Counted from the first letter of the stretch, positions 25,886 through 39,024 are shown. The stretch: 64,000 bases of DNA from Nemertoderma westbladi (GCA_032718475.1 JAUCBJ010000174.1:1-64000), one strand, 5' to 3'. The notes: a model not told the origin generated them from the letters alone. Translations and numbers: made by a program.

Positions 25886-26800
25886 ATTAATTTTCTGGTT
25901 TACGTTTAATTTTCAGGATTGTTACTCTATCTATTTAATTAATAAAGAGCCCTTATCAGGGCCATTGATGTGTTTTCACACTGGGGAATATTGGGTTGGC
26001 AATCCTAATAAAATAATAAAGTAATAAGTTAACATAAAATATAAAGAACGTTATAATAATATAAAGTAGACAATAATAATATAAAGTAATAAGTTAACAT
26101 AAAATATATAAAGAACATAATAATATTATAATGTAAAAAGTCAAAATAAAATATATAAAAAACGTGATAATATTAATATAATTCACCTCCTTTTCTTTAC
26201 ATTTTCACTTTTTATATTTTGCTTAGGTTAACACGTTTTTAAGATTTTTTGTTTGCAATCTGAGCTGTGCTACTTGTTTTTTTTATTAATTAACAAGTTT
26301 ATGAATATCACCAATTTATAAAAAACACATGGGGAGTATAATTTACAAAATTATAATCGATTTACAAGTAGAAACAAGTAGGCCCACTAAATTTAGTGGG
26401 CTGCTGCAGCATACCAGGTCGTATTATAGTAGGTCATGTCCTTGTCGAAAAGTTCAAAGAAACAAGTCTCCTCTTCCTTGGTCGGAGTCGACGAGTTCCA
26501 GATGAGAAGAAGAATCGAGTTTGCGATACTATGAAAATCGAATAAGCGGTCATCGGAGAAGAAGGAGGTTACGAGAATGGTTAAACCCAGTAAACGATTT
26601 GCGATGTCTTGGTGGATGTTTTCTAGAATAAAATCGACTATAGTAGTTGGAATCGTAAACGTTTCGGGCGAAGTAGTTAGATTGAACGTTATTTTGTTGT
26701 CCCTTTTTAAAAGTTTGAAACCGTGGTTGGAGGAATGAAGTTTATTGTCGCCGAGAATTTGATATTACCTACCTACTCTAGTTATAATTTGGCACGGGTT

Positions 26801-26877
26801 GCTACTGGCTCAGTGGTCCAGTAGGTTAAGGCGCAGGTTACACATTAGGTAGGTCAAGAGTTCGAATCTGGGTAAGC
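26801..26877 (+). other. tRNA-like Pol III head
   Basis: tggtccagtagg A-box-like and gagttcgaatc B box; cloverleaf not intact. Confidence 0.4.
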
Positions 26878-26924
26878 AAAATTTATATTTTGTGCTATTT
26901 ATTTTAGGTTTCACCAAACTAGAT

Positions 26925-27060
26925 AAGCCAATAACACATGGACAGATTAGTTGGGCCAATCGTAGGGCGTTTGATGATTTATTGGTCCAATGTGAGCTCA
27001 TAGATAGAATGTGGTAGAATGTTCTAGTGTGATTCCATGCTTAGGATTTCCTATATAAGG
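26925..27060 (+). promoter_or_regulatory. Pol II promoter-like cluster (CCAAT boxes plus TATA), probably LTR U3
   Basis: agccaat, ggccaatc, attggtccaat, then ctatataagg at 27051. Confidence 0.4.
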
Positions 27061-27087
27061 TGCCGTTTGCCCTTCGTTTATCACTTG

Positions 27088-27180
27088 TATCACTAATCTC
27101 GTATCTATCTTATATCACTAATCTCGTATCTATCTTATATCACTAATCTCGTATCTATCTTATATCACTAATCTCGTAAT
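27088..27180. repeat. 25-bp tandem repeat, about 4 copies
   Basis: tatcactaatctcgtatctatctta repeated. Confidence 0.9.
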
Positions 27181-28295
27181 TATCTTGTCCCTTGCCACGT
27201 ACTGATAGGTATTTATTGCAAACCACCGCGGTAACAACATTTTAGAATCAATTATATACCAGATCAGCTAGACGTGCGGTAGTAAATTAACACCCTATTT
27301 CCTTATCTCACAATCAGAATCTGGTATCAGTGCCGATCACGGGAGTAGTTACTAACACCGTAATTTGCCGGCTGAGTTGTGAATATAGGAGGAGAGAGCC
27401 CTTTTGACGTCAGTTTGTAAGTATTGCGCCTACAGCGTGCGTCTAGCTTATTCGAGTAGCTAGCGCCCGGTATTGTTATTTTGTTAAAATCACCAAAACC
27501 TAGTATAACGGCGATACACCAAAATTGTTTTATCGTAACACACACACACGCGTCTTGAGATTTATAGATTTACAGATAGGATTATTATTATTTGTAGAGA
27601 TATTTGGTATTTGTTGCAATCAGGCACCCTTTTGACTGCTTTTTCTGTCGGCAGTATTGTTCCTTTCGCTACTGTCGATTGACCCGCTAGCTCGTATTAT
27701 ACCCAAATAAATTACACCGCGGCAAGTTTACAGTTAGCTAACATGTTCTAGAACATGTTCATAAAAAGAAATAGCAAAAACTAGCTAGTAAAAAAAATTT
27801 GAGGGGGGGGGGTGTACCTATAACACACTAGTGCCCACTTTTTCTAACGCTTGTAGCTAAAGATTGGAAGCAAAAATAAAAATTCCGACTCACCCAGTCA
27901 GTGGTCGTGAGGTGAAACTATCTCTGTTTCAAATTAATTGTAGAAAAATTAGGGGTGGGGGGGCGTGTCACTGAGTTACGACACTACTGTATATTCTCGG
28001 ACATGGTGTAGTACAGTATGTACAGTATAGCCATGGTACAGCTGATTTGTAATAATATAAATTTGTATGTCTTTTTATTTGGTTTTACTGCATTTTATTA
28101 TGTTCTAGAACCTTAGTAGATATGTTAGCTAGTGTGTTTTTTTTTACTAGCTAGTAATAAAAATGGCTATAGTTCAGCCCGTGCCAACATTTTCATTTTG
28201 CTCTAAAATGTGTATCTGTATGTAGTTTACTCGTATAGTATACTAGTATAGTTTACTACTTTTTAATGTTAGTCTGAAGTATTCTAGGATATTTC

Positions 28296-28939
28296 GGGAA
28301 CAGTTCCGTACGTCCCCCCATTTTGCGAGATTTTTTTACTATACCATAACACCATGTTTCTTGAGCGACACTAATCAAATATTAGTATATAGTATATATA
28401 GATAGTATATATATAGATAGTATATATATATATACTATATAATATATATAATATATATATATATTTAGTATATATAGTATATATTATAGGTATAAAAAAT
28501 CAATTCCATAACATTAAATGACAATACACGGGCAATTCAAGTCATTAGTATATAGTATATATAGATAGTATATATATAGATAGTATATATATAGATAGTA
28601 TATATATATATACTATATAATATATATAATATATATATATATTTAGTATATATAGTATATATTATAGGTATAAAAAATCAATTCCATAACATTAAATGAC
28701 AATACACGGGCAATTCAAGTCATTTTAAAAAATCAAAAAGTCAATCAAATATTAGTATATAGTATATATAGATAGTATATATATAGATAGTATATATATA
28801 TATACTATATAATATATATATATATTTAGTATATATAGTATATATTATAGGTATAAAAAATCAATTCCATAACATTAAATGACAATACACGGGCAATTCA
28901 AGTCATTTTAAAAATGGGGGGACGTACGGAACTCTAGCC
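28296..28939. mobile_element. Merlin-type MITE with internal about 180-bp TA-rich tandem repeats
   Basis: TIRs gggaacagttccgtacgtcccc / ggggacgtacggaactctagcc; 8-bp TSD gatatttc. Confidence 0.8.
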
Positions 28940-29587
28940 GATATTTCGAATTATTTTTTTGTTATGTAATGTTCTAGAACATTTTTAAAAAATTACCATT
29001 TTTGTTTTTTAACACTTTTTTTGTATAATTAACAAGAAATGTTATGTACCGGTACTCAAGTAATAATTTATATTTATAGCTAGTAATTTATATCTATTGC
29101 TATAATTTTTTATTTGGTTTCTGTGTTATATACGTAGTTTTTTTTGTTCTGCGTCCCAATTTTATTTTAATTAAACAATAATTTTAATTAATTTTTTTAG
29201 AAAAACAAAAACTATTCTAGATTTTTTTATCGAAAATTGATAATAAAAATGTTCTAGAACTTTTGGTACATGTTCTAGAACATTTAATAAATGTTCCTTC
29301 TTTTCAATAGAAAAAAAACAGGTAAAATAGCATAAAAAATAATAAAATTTAGCAATTTTTTTTAATAATTTTTCTTTTAAAGAAAATGTATTTTCTCGTA
29401 AATTCATAATTAAAATGTTTTAGAACTATTTTTTTTCAAAGTTCTAGAACACTCAATATAAAGTTCTAGAAAATTTATCAAGAAAAGAAACTGACAAAAA
29501 AGCATAAAAATTTGTTGAAAAAAAACAACGAAATGTAGGCAGGTAGGCCTACTAGTGAATAATTAGAGGTACTAGTGTGTTTAGTGC

Positions 29588-30907
29588 GGTATTAGTACGT
29601 TTGAACGACACTAACCAAACAAGCCTAAAACCAGATAAATAATGGTACCGGTACCGGTATAGCAGTATTGTGCACCACCTTGCGGATTGCATGGGTATTA
29701 TTTATTAAGTTATTTGAAGGGAATGTATTATTTTAATCTATATTACTTACTACTACTATTATTACTACTATTACTATTATTTACTAGCTTAATTATGTAA
29801 TATTTTAGCTTAATCTATTAGTTTAATTACGATTTACTATGCGCGTACGTAATCTTAATTACAGTCTACCGTACATACATATTTCCAATATTATAATTAA
29901 TATTTACCTCGACTGAGGGTGTATCTTATTTTAAAAAAATATTACAAGCTAATAACGCTGTTGCGATACGTTTGTTTATTTCATATGTTGGCCCTGAAAA
30001 GGGCCGTTGGGGTTGGTTAAGTCAGGTCGTACAGTAGTTAGCTCTGAAAAGGGCCGTTTGGGTTGAAGTCAGGTCATACAGTAGTTGGCCCTGAAAAGGG
30101 CCTTTTGGGTTGGTTAAGGTATAAGGTACAGTATAGACATTCAGCAAGGGTAGTAATGTTTGAAAAGTGCAAGGAGATTTGAGAAAGGTCGGTCGCGATT
30201 TAAAAGTCTCCACCGAAATTCTGCCAGGTGGCCAGCAATAAGTTGCGGTGTTGTACATTTCTTATTGCGGATGACTGACGTCTTTAAGTGGCCCCACATC
30301 GACTCTATACGTTGAGTGTGGGTGCCAGTCGCACTCACCCACTCTACCGAATGGTTGACGGTTTCGTGTATGTAGGTCCCTGTTCCATTGGTAGCAGACC
30401 ACGGGTTTGTGGCGTTTGTTATGCCAACATTCACACCGCAATACGCAGACCATTCGTCGGACTGTATCTTGGTTCCACCGGCGACATGTTTCTCCAAAAT
30501 AGGACGGAGGGTGTCTGCATCACGATGCAAAACGTGGTAGAGGCGGATGTCAACTTTATTATCTGGACGTTTCCATACCAGTCCAAACACCCACGGCCCA
30601 TCCACTGTCGTCCCATAATTAGATCGGGATGACGGATTGGTTGCCCATTTGGTTGTAGAGTTCGGGGGAGAAGCTCCACGCTTTGAGCAAACTCAATAGC
30701 GCGCTCCTCAGTCTCGATAAGTTTCCCAATCTCAATGAAATTTAATTCAGCCATAGTCATGAGTATAGTATACAAACAGTGGGCCAGTAAGTAACAGTAC
30801 AGCAGTAGGCCTAATAATACTGCTATACCGGTACCGGTAACAATTTTTATCAGTTTCTATCTGATTTCTTGATTGTTTGGCTAGTGTCGTTCAAACGTAC
30901 TAATACC
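29588..30907 (-). mobile_element. Merlin (IS1595-related) transposon, internally deleted
   Basis: TIR ggtattagtacgtttgaacgacacta; 9-bp TSD gtttagtgc. Confidence 0.88.
30141..30760 (-). pseudogene. Merlin/ISXO2-like DDE transposase lacking the first catalytic block
   Basis: WVFG, RDADTL, IQSDEWSAY, HETVNHS, GTHTQRIESMW; N-terminus MAELNF.. joined out of frame. Confidence 0.88.
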
Positions 30908-31120
30908 GTTTAGTGCACACCCCCCCTCAAATTTGTTATACTAGCTAGTTTTTGTTACTTTTTTTTTAATTGTTCTAGAACATATAATCTATTCATTTAA
31001 TATAAAAATTTTGTTCTAGAACAATTATTTTTTGTTCTATAACAAAAAATATAAAAAACTAGCTAATTTGTTTATCTTTTTCATTTTTTATTGTATGTTA
31101 TCTTTGTATAAATTTTTTAA

Positions 31121-32723
31121 CCCGCAGAGGACCGCTGGGTCAAAATGAAGTTTACATGTACTGTACAAAATTCAATATAATTATTGGGTTCACAATATTT
31201 CATGAATTCTCCTACTTTTTTATATTCTATCCAAATGTAACCGGGTCACAACTTTTACTTTAACACTTTTTTTTTAATTTGACTTTTATTATTAAGGAAA
31301 CACCAAGGGCCGTTTGGGTCAAAATGAACCATTATAGTTTTACTCATAAATAACAGTTTTGCAAAGTCGAATTCTGTAAACACATGAATTTTCCAAGTCA
31401 GGGCGATGCTTAATCAACATTGAAAAGTCAATTCGTATGTTTGTACAGTATGTCTGTTTGTATGTCGGTGCGTGTGTGTGTGTGTAATATGGAAACCTGG
31501 TATCGTCCATGAACCATATTTCCTGTATGGAACGTCTTCTAATTAGGCCTAGTGAGTGGTAATGTAGCGATAGGTCCAAACCGGTATACTTTAGGTCCTG
31601 TAACACATTACATTAAATTATTCCTAACTCTCGTTTATAGTTTTGGTTCCTTTCAATTCGCCTCTATAACCTGCTCCTTTACTATCCTGCCTGGTTGTGG
31701 AGGCAGACTGGACTTACTGACCAAATGGCTCGGCCCAACGCTAACAGGCTGCCAGAACCTAATGCCACGGACCTAATGCTCTGGACCTAAAGCTACCAGG
31801 TTGCCAGGACCTAAAGCTACCGGGATTGGTATCTGGCAGTCTGGCTATACACAGTATATCCGTAAATATATAATCTAGCTGTCTAGGCCTATCGGCTACA
31901 GCTACCGGCAACCAGTAGTCATTCTGTCATTAGCCTATAGGCCTATAAATTAATAAATTGGGCTAACATATAACAGTTGTGTGCAAAATGGAAACATTTT
32001 TGAGAAACTATTTTGTGGGTAAATGTACAAAGCAGGGCAGCGTTAAGTCCAAATCGGTATACTTTAGGCAGTTACTGAGTTAGGTCAGTAGCAGGTTAGG
32101 TTAGGTCCCGTAGCTTTAGTACTGTAGTAACATATTTATGATATATTTACTTCACTATTTATATGGGAAACAAATAAGATTATCTCTAGAATACTTCTAC
32201 ACAAGTATATGTAAATGTATATCAGATGGGTGATAGTAAGGTGCTATCAGAGATTATCATTTGTCGCAGTTGTTTAGCCTTTAAGCAGCGCCACTCAAAT
32301 GTTTTCTCATTGTTTGCTAATAATTATTCAATTAAAGTGGACTCGGTTTTTGTGTCACTCGCTTCGCTCGTTAACCAATCCCAGTTTGAAGTAAATAGTC
32401 TGAGTACTTAAGTTAATGATATTATGAAACTCATCTTGATACACACGGTTGTTCAGGTGGAGTTGTCAACATTTCTATGTACAGTACATATCTGAACAAA
32501 ATGAGAAACCCTCGTTTCGTTGTGTCACTCGCTACGCTAGTTATTGAAACCAAATCGGATGTAAATAGCCTAAGTAACTTGCCCGTAAGTCGCAAATGAG
32601 TTTCCACACTGATAAAACTTCACTTTTGGTCATTTTGATTGATAATATTATCAATAATATACCGTGGGTCAATTTGACCTAAACGGTCCTGGGTGGAACC
32701 TGAATCAAACGGTCTTCGGCGGG
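31121..32723. mobile_element. TTAA-flanked piggyBac-like MITE
   Basis: ttaa|cccgcagaggaccg ... cggtcttcggcggg|ttaa. Confidence 0.7.
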
Positions 32724-33089
32724 TTAAACGAACTAGAACAAATATTATTTGTTCTAGAACAAAAAAAAACAAAAAAAACCAGCTAATTTATTCATTTTGT
32801 CATTTTTTTATTCTATGTTATCTTTGTATCCCATATTTAATAAAAATCACTGCGATGAAAATTTGGAGTTGTTTGTAATTGTTTTTAACACTTACTAATC
32901 AAATAAAAAACACCACAAAATATCATTTTTTTAATGTTCTAGAACAAAAAATATTTGTTCTAGAACATTACCGGTACTTTTTACAACATTAAATAGACGA
33001 TATGTTCTAGAACATTAAAAAAAAGTAACAAAAACTAGCTAGTATAAAAAATTTGAGGGGGGGGGGGGGGTTGTGCACAAATCACACTA

Positions 33090-33220
33090 TAGTACCTTTA
33101 TAACTATTACTGTATTTAGTATCGGGATGCTGCATTGCAACTGCATTATTATATATTACATATTATACTGTATTAAGAATAATATGCCGGCTTGTCAACA
33201 AAATTGCGCTGCCACATCGG
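33090..33220 (-). mobile_element. Very short 3' stub of the same RTE family as 6400-6886
   Basis: Reverse complement of gtggcggtgcaattttgttgacaagccggca..tgcaatgcagcat; flanked by duplicated gtgcacaaa(t/a)cacacta. Confidence 0.65.
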
Positions 33221-33656
33221 TGTGCACAAAACACACTAGTATGTACCATGTTGGCACGGGCGGAACTGTTCCCATAAAAATAAAGTAAAAAATAAATAAA
33301 TAAATAATATACGCTAGGCCTTATTACACCCAGTATAATAATTATAATTACCGGTATAATAAACTGTTATAATATCTCATTAATATTCTTGAATTAGCCT
33401 GAAATATCAATGATTTCACATTTTATTATAATTTCAAAAATACTACTGTAGATAGTAAAAAAACACAATTAGTAATTAGCAAGCTATTAATATTCTAGAA
33501 TATTTTATTTTCGAAACTATATCATTTTTTAGGCTATATTTTATATATGTGGTACCGGTAGTACTACTGTATACTAGTACCATGCTATACATACTGTAGT
33601 AGTATCTTAAAATGTACGTTAACAAACAACAGTAACAAACATTCTTACTAATTTAA

Positions 33657-33989
33657 TTAAACGCAGTTACGAATTTTCATTATAGACATTGTAACGACTT
33701 TTTTTTCGCCCCAAAAGTTTCTTTCAACAGACTGATAATCCCCATTGAGGTTCGTCTTAGAATCCGCGGTATGCCACCAACCGCCAGTCCGCTCTCTAGC
33801 CAACGAGGTCGCGTCGGAATCATCATGATCTTTATCTTTAGTAGAGAACTGCGAACCATTAGCAGCGGCCATTTCATCTTCCATGTTAAACAAGGTATAC
33901 CATTTTCCGTAACTAAACGTGTAATTCGTTTTTTTTGAACCTACATTTACGTTCTTATATGTGGCCCACCGTAATCTCCCATTTGAAAA
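33657..33989 (-). CDS. Fibrinogen-related domain (FReD) protein, exon 2
   Basis: Acceptor tttag then phase-0 FSNGRLRWATYKN..NYT..NGSQFSTKDKDHD..GGWW..NLNG to stop. Confidence 0.8.
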   Translation of the reverse strand, partial: FSNGRLRWATYKNVNVGSKKTNYTFSYGKWYTLFNMEDEMAAANGSQFSTKDKDHDDSDATSLARERTGGWWHTADSKTNLNGDYQSVERNFWGEKKVVTMSIMKIRNCV

Positions 33990-34107
33990 CTAAATTGTAA
34001 ATTCGGTATTACTTAGCATGCCTCCCTCTCCAATTTATGGAAGTTTTATTATTAAATTGAGAGTTTAATTATTTCGGAGTTTTTATTTAGGTTTTTATAA
34101 TAAAATG

Positions 34108-35268
34108 TATATTCGACCAAAAATTAATTTATGGTCGACCAAAAATTAGTTTATGTTCGACCAAAAATTAATTTATGGTCGACCAAAAATTAGTTTATGT
34201 TCGACAAAAAATTAATTTATGCTCGACAAAAAATTAATTTATGGTCGACAAAAAAGTAATTTATGGTCGACCAAAAATTAGTTTATGTTCGACAAAAAAT
34301 TAATTTATGGTCGACCAAAAATTAGTTTATGTTCGACAAAAAAGTAATTTATGGTCGACCAAAAAATAATTTATGTTCGACCAAAAATTAATTTATGTTC
34401 GACAAAAAAGTAATTTATGGTCGACCAAAAAATAATTTATGTTCGACCAAAAATTAGTTTATGTTCGACAAAAAATTAATTTATGTTCGACAAAAAAGTA
34501 ATTTATGGTCGACCAAAAAATAATTTATGTTCGACCAAAAATTAATTTATGTTCGACAAAAAATTAATTTATGTTCGACAAAAAAGTAATTTATGGTCGA
34601 CCAAAAAATAATTTATGTTCGACCAAAAATTAATTTATGGTCGACCAAAAATTAGTTTATGTTCGACAAAAAATTAATTTATGTTCGACAAAAAATTAAT
34701 TTATGGTCGACCAAAAATTAGTTTATGTTCGACAAAAAATTAATTTATGTTCGACCAAAAAATAATTTATGTTCGACCAAAAATTAATTTATGTTCGACC
34801 AAAAATTAATTTATGGTCGACCAAAAATTAGTTTATGTTCGACAAAAAATTAATTTATGTTCGACAAAAAAGTAATTTATGGTCGACCAAAAAATAATTT
34901 ATGTTCGACCAAAAATTAATTTATGTTCGACCAAAAATTAGTTTATGTTCGACCAAAAATTAATTTATGGTCGACCAAAAATTAATTTATGGTCGACCAA
35001 AAATTAGTTTATGTTCGACCAAAAATTAATTTATGGTCGACCAAAAATTAGTTTATGTTCGACAAAAAATGAATGTATGTTCGACAAAAAATTAATTTAT
35101 GTTCGACAAAAAATTAGTTTATGTTCGACAAAAAATTAATTTATGTTCGACAAAAAAGTAATTTATGGTCGACCAAAAAATAATTTATGTTCGACCAAAA
35201 ATTAATTTATGTTCGACAAAAAAGTAATTTATGGTCGACCAAAAAATAATTTATATTCGACAAAAATT
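34108..35268. repeat. Intronic 22-bp satellite, about 53 copies
   Basis: aaaaattaatttatg(g/t)tcgac(c/a) in tandem. Confidence 0.95.
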
Positions 35269-35609
35269 ATGAGGTCATGGAGAACTTCCGAAAGAAAATA
35301 AAAAAATAATTAATTGGCAAAGATCAGGCACCGTAGATTTGATATATTTTTGAATTTTATAGATTGGATTACCGTTAGCTACTAATATTTATGGTAGCTA
35401 GTGATTTAAGTAGATTGGTTTTTTTAATTGAGTGAAAGTGCATGAAAAAAGTTACCGGTATCAATAATGACTAAAGTAACATAAAATTAATATATACTGT
35501 ACTAAAGTTGGTAAACATTTATCAATAAGAAAAGTATACAGAAAACATGATCTGAATTTTTTTTGTATAAATTGGGGGGGGGGGGGGGGGGGGGCAGGCC
35601 AAGCATTAC

Positions 35610-36185
35610 AATAAATACAATCTTTAGATCACATTCCCATTCTGTTGTTATTCGATGAGTTGTTTCTAATCCGAGCCAGTAACTTTTTCCACTCATGTTA
35701 CCAAAACCTTTTACATAAGACGGCCAATTTTTATTGAAATCATTTGAAAATGACTTATTTCGAAACTGTATTATAAGATCACCATCGTCGCAGATCACGT
35801 TTTTGTTTAAAAACTTAACATGGTTATTAGAAACGGTATTACCGTCACATGGGAATACTGCCTTGGTAGTTGTGGTAGGCGGGGGGGTTGTAGTGGTTGG
35901 TGGAGGTGCTGTAGTAACCGACTCTGGTGCCCCAGGTAGCAGCATGCTTAGTAATATGACAGCAAGAGATACGAGAAAACATATGACACCTGCGGATATA
36001 AGTTTTTTCTTATGATTTTTCAGCAGTCTACACAAGCAGTTTGTTTGTTGATGGTCTCTCGGAATGTCCGCCTTTAGGTTTTCCTGTATTTGAGGCGACC
36101 GGTTCATTTCGCGTAATTCAACTTTTTCCACGGGCGTTAAAGAATTACCCTGTGAGTGAAGACGCGCAGTCTCTGAAGATCTCAT
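35610..36185 (-). CDS. Type II transmembrane FReD protein (FIBCD1-like architecture), exon 1; about 302 aa after splicing
   Basis: Basic KKK + TM LISAGVICFLVSLAVILLSMLL + Thr/Pro stalk + VICD..IIQFR..DFNKNWPSYVKGFG..YWLGLE; phase-0 donor att|gtaatg joins exon 2 in frame. Confidence 0.8.
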
Positions 36186-37471
36186 AATGAACTTTATGTC
36201 AATATATATATATTAAGTTACATCAGCGTACTCCAGTTTTCCAAGTGAATACATATTAGGGCCTACATACCGGTAATTACATAAATAGGCCTACTTATTA
36301 CTTCATTATCACATATGAAATCAAATATGTTGTGAATCACATGTTACTACTAGCAGGATTCCAGAATGTAAATTAGTTGCGTAACTAACGCAACTGTTGC
36401 ATAACCCGCAGGTTTCTTGTTTGATGGAATAAATTCGCAATGTGGTCTCCATGCCTATTAGGTATGTAATTGGAAATGGTATTGACAGTTAGTGGTTTGT
36501 ATAATAGGCACATCAACCAATTAAGGCTATTAGTGACCGCACAATTAATTGCACGAGTAACTATAAGGAAAAAATAAACACAAAGAAAATCTACTAATAT
36601 AAAAATAATAAATGTTAGGTTTGAAAAATAAACTGACGAAAGCACATACTGTATAATTCCCACAAAAATAATTGATATGAATATTATATGGAACGACATT
36701 GCATAATGTTCTCCCTAAAGCGAAAAGCCTCGTTAAGGTAACAACAACCTAACTTTAGTAGTTTTTCCCTGGTAGTTGCCCCCATTAGCTCATGGTATTT
36801 CAATATAGTAGGATTCACATTGTAGCGCCCAGAGAAGTGCTTCATGCGCAGATCTCGATAACCATCACACACCAACAAAAAATGATATTCATCCTCTATA
36901 TCATTTTTATTACAAACCGGGCAGATTCTCGATTCTCTGGGTATTTTTTTATACCACCGGCCGCTCTCGATCAGAAGTGCATGTGACGAACACCTGAACC
37001 TGGAAATCAACCTACTAAGACCTGCGTGATCTCTCAACATAGATAGGTTATTCTCCAAACTGAAATCCCTCTTGCTATAGAGCATACCCTTCGGCGACCG
37101 CTCGATGGCACCCCACCAACCCTGTACGAACTGTGCACATAGTCGTTCACGAACATTTAGAATGAATTTCCTTTCATTCATTTAATATGTCCCCGGGTCT
37201 TTCCCACGCCCGAGTAAATCCCAGATTATTTAGTAAATTACGCACCGAGATAGCCCAATTTCCACCATCCCCTGTTCTACCAGTATTTAGTTCATTCAAT
37301 TGCAAAATATAGGCCTGTTTAACTAATCTAGAGTCATTGCACCTTAGTAACATTGCACTTTATAATCCTACAGTATTTTTCAATTTCTATCGGAAAAATG
37401 CCAGATTCACCGTAAACCATGAAGTTTGGGGTTGTTACCTTCACTTTAAGAATTTTAAGACACCTTTAAAA

Positions 37472-38074
37472 CCCTATTAGTACCGGGCTATAAAATGTTG
37501 TACAAATACCGGGGGGGGGGGGATCATATTGACCCCCCCCCTCTAAAATCTACAAATATTTACAAAAACGTCTGATATTTTGTTTGTACGTAGGTATCAC
37601 TTGTCTGGATCCGACCGAAAAAAAAAATTTTCGAAAAAATGTACTGGGCTGGTTATATTGCAGCACCAAAATTACAAGTAGTGCACAATTTTCACAAAAT
37701 TTGAAAGTTACATTTTCGGCTAAATATTTTTAATACAGGTTTTCTGGGGTGCAAAATACATTGGAAAATATTAAAAAATGATATGATTACTATAAATGGC
37801 TGTTTAGTCCTCACTGCGTAGGAAAAAAATGAAAAAAACAAGTAACCAGCACTTTTCAGTTAGAACACAAAATTTTTAATTCACTTATATGGTGCTATAA
37901 CTCGAAAAGTACCCAATATTTTTGAAAACGGTTTTCACTACTAGGAAGACAATAGATTTTTAGGAAAAGTCATAAAATTTCAGATTCCCAACTGCGTTTG
38001 TTTCAGAATTATAATAAAAAAACCACGGGAAGGGTCATATTGACCCCCCCCCCCCCCCCCCGGGTTTAATAGGG
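37472..38074. mobile_element. piggyBac-like MITE inserted in the LINE
   Basis: ccctatta..ccggg / cccgggtttaataggg|ttaa; internal inverted G/C tracts. Confidence 0.7.
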
Positions 38075-39024
38075 TTAAGAATTTTAATAAGACACGTTCT
38101 GTATCAACTGATGAATAAAAACCCCAAACTTCGCAACCATATGTCAAAATTGGCTTAACTAATGCATTAAATAAATAACAAGCCGTAATGAAATCCGTGG
38201 TAGGAAAATTTTTCTGAGCGCAGGCAAAGCTGCCCCCACAAGTAAATATACTCACAGATACGTATATTCACCCACCACTTTAACATTATGACCCTTATAT
38301 TTCCAATTTTCATGGAAGGCCACTTGTCCCCCTTTCCTAAATACAACAACGTTAGATTTGTCAAGGTTAACCGTAAGAGACCAATAGTCACAATAACTAC
38401 CCAATATATCAAATGCATGTTGTAAATCATTAACTGAGTTTGCCATCAGCACAATGTCATTGGCATACAACAACATTAAAAGTTTAAATGTGCCAATTGA
38501 GATACCTTGAATACCATTTGCAGCCAATTCAGATTCTAAATCATTTAAAAATAGATTAAATAACAATGGACTAAGACATTCGCCCTGCCTCACGCCCAAC
38601 CAACATATAAACTCACCAGAAAGTTCCCCATCTACACGTACTCGTGATTTGACTGCACTGTACATACTTTTTATTACATAAAAAACTTTTCCTGAAAAAC
38701 CAAGTCTCGTTAATTTTACCCATATAGCACTTATATCAACACAATCAAACGCTTTTTTAGGTCAATAAATGCACAATAAAGCTTAGCACGTTTACCTATA
38801 AAATTATCAATAATTATTTTCAAAATAAAAATCTGATCTACTGTAGAACGACCACCTCGAAACTTATGTATTGTATGGCATTTGTGTTTCCTCGTGTGCT
38901 ATGTGGAGTCCAGCATCACCCTGCAGATGTTTCGACTGACGCAGGGTAGTTTATGTATTGTTCACCCTGATTTTGGTCATCGGGACCAACTATATTGGAT
39001 TAATGGAAATGGTAAAGATTTGAA

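Larger units (their letters stand above)
19131..26410 (+). mobile_element. P-element superfamily DNA transposon
   Basis: Perfect 36-bp inverted repeats at 19131-19166 and 26375-26410 (outer gctgcagc may be an 8-bp TSD) enclosing a THAP9-like transposase. Confidence 0.75.
18875..27743 (+). mobile_element. Putative 3' LTR of the BEL element, split by the P element (right end uncertain)
   Basis: PPT-like ctggagtggg then TGT at 18875; CCAAT/TATA promoter beyond the insertion; candidate ..aaca end at 27743. Confidence 0.4.
29568..33247. mobile_element. Merlin-type element with long inverted ends (ggtactagtgtgtt..cccctcaaattt)
   Basis: Left TIR split by the Merlin at 29588-30907; right TIR 33040-33247 split by an RTE stub; no TSD seen; a related orphan end lies at about 27780-27835. 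Confidence 0.55.
28165..33273. mobile_element. Merlin-type non-autonomous element (outermost layer of a nest)
   Basis: TIRs ggctatagttcagcccgtgccaacat / atgttggcacgggcggaactgttccc; 8-bp TSD ataaaaat. Confidence 0.75.

Noticed and set aside
34108-35268. CRISPR-like array (also considered for the 53- and 123-bp arrays)
   Set aside because: Head-to-tail units without unique spacers, no cas genes, eukaryotic context
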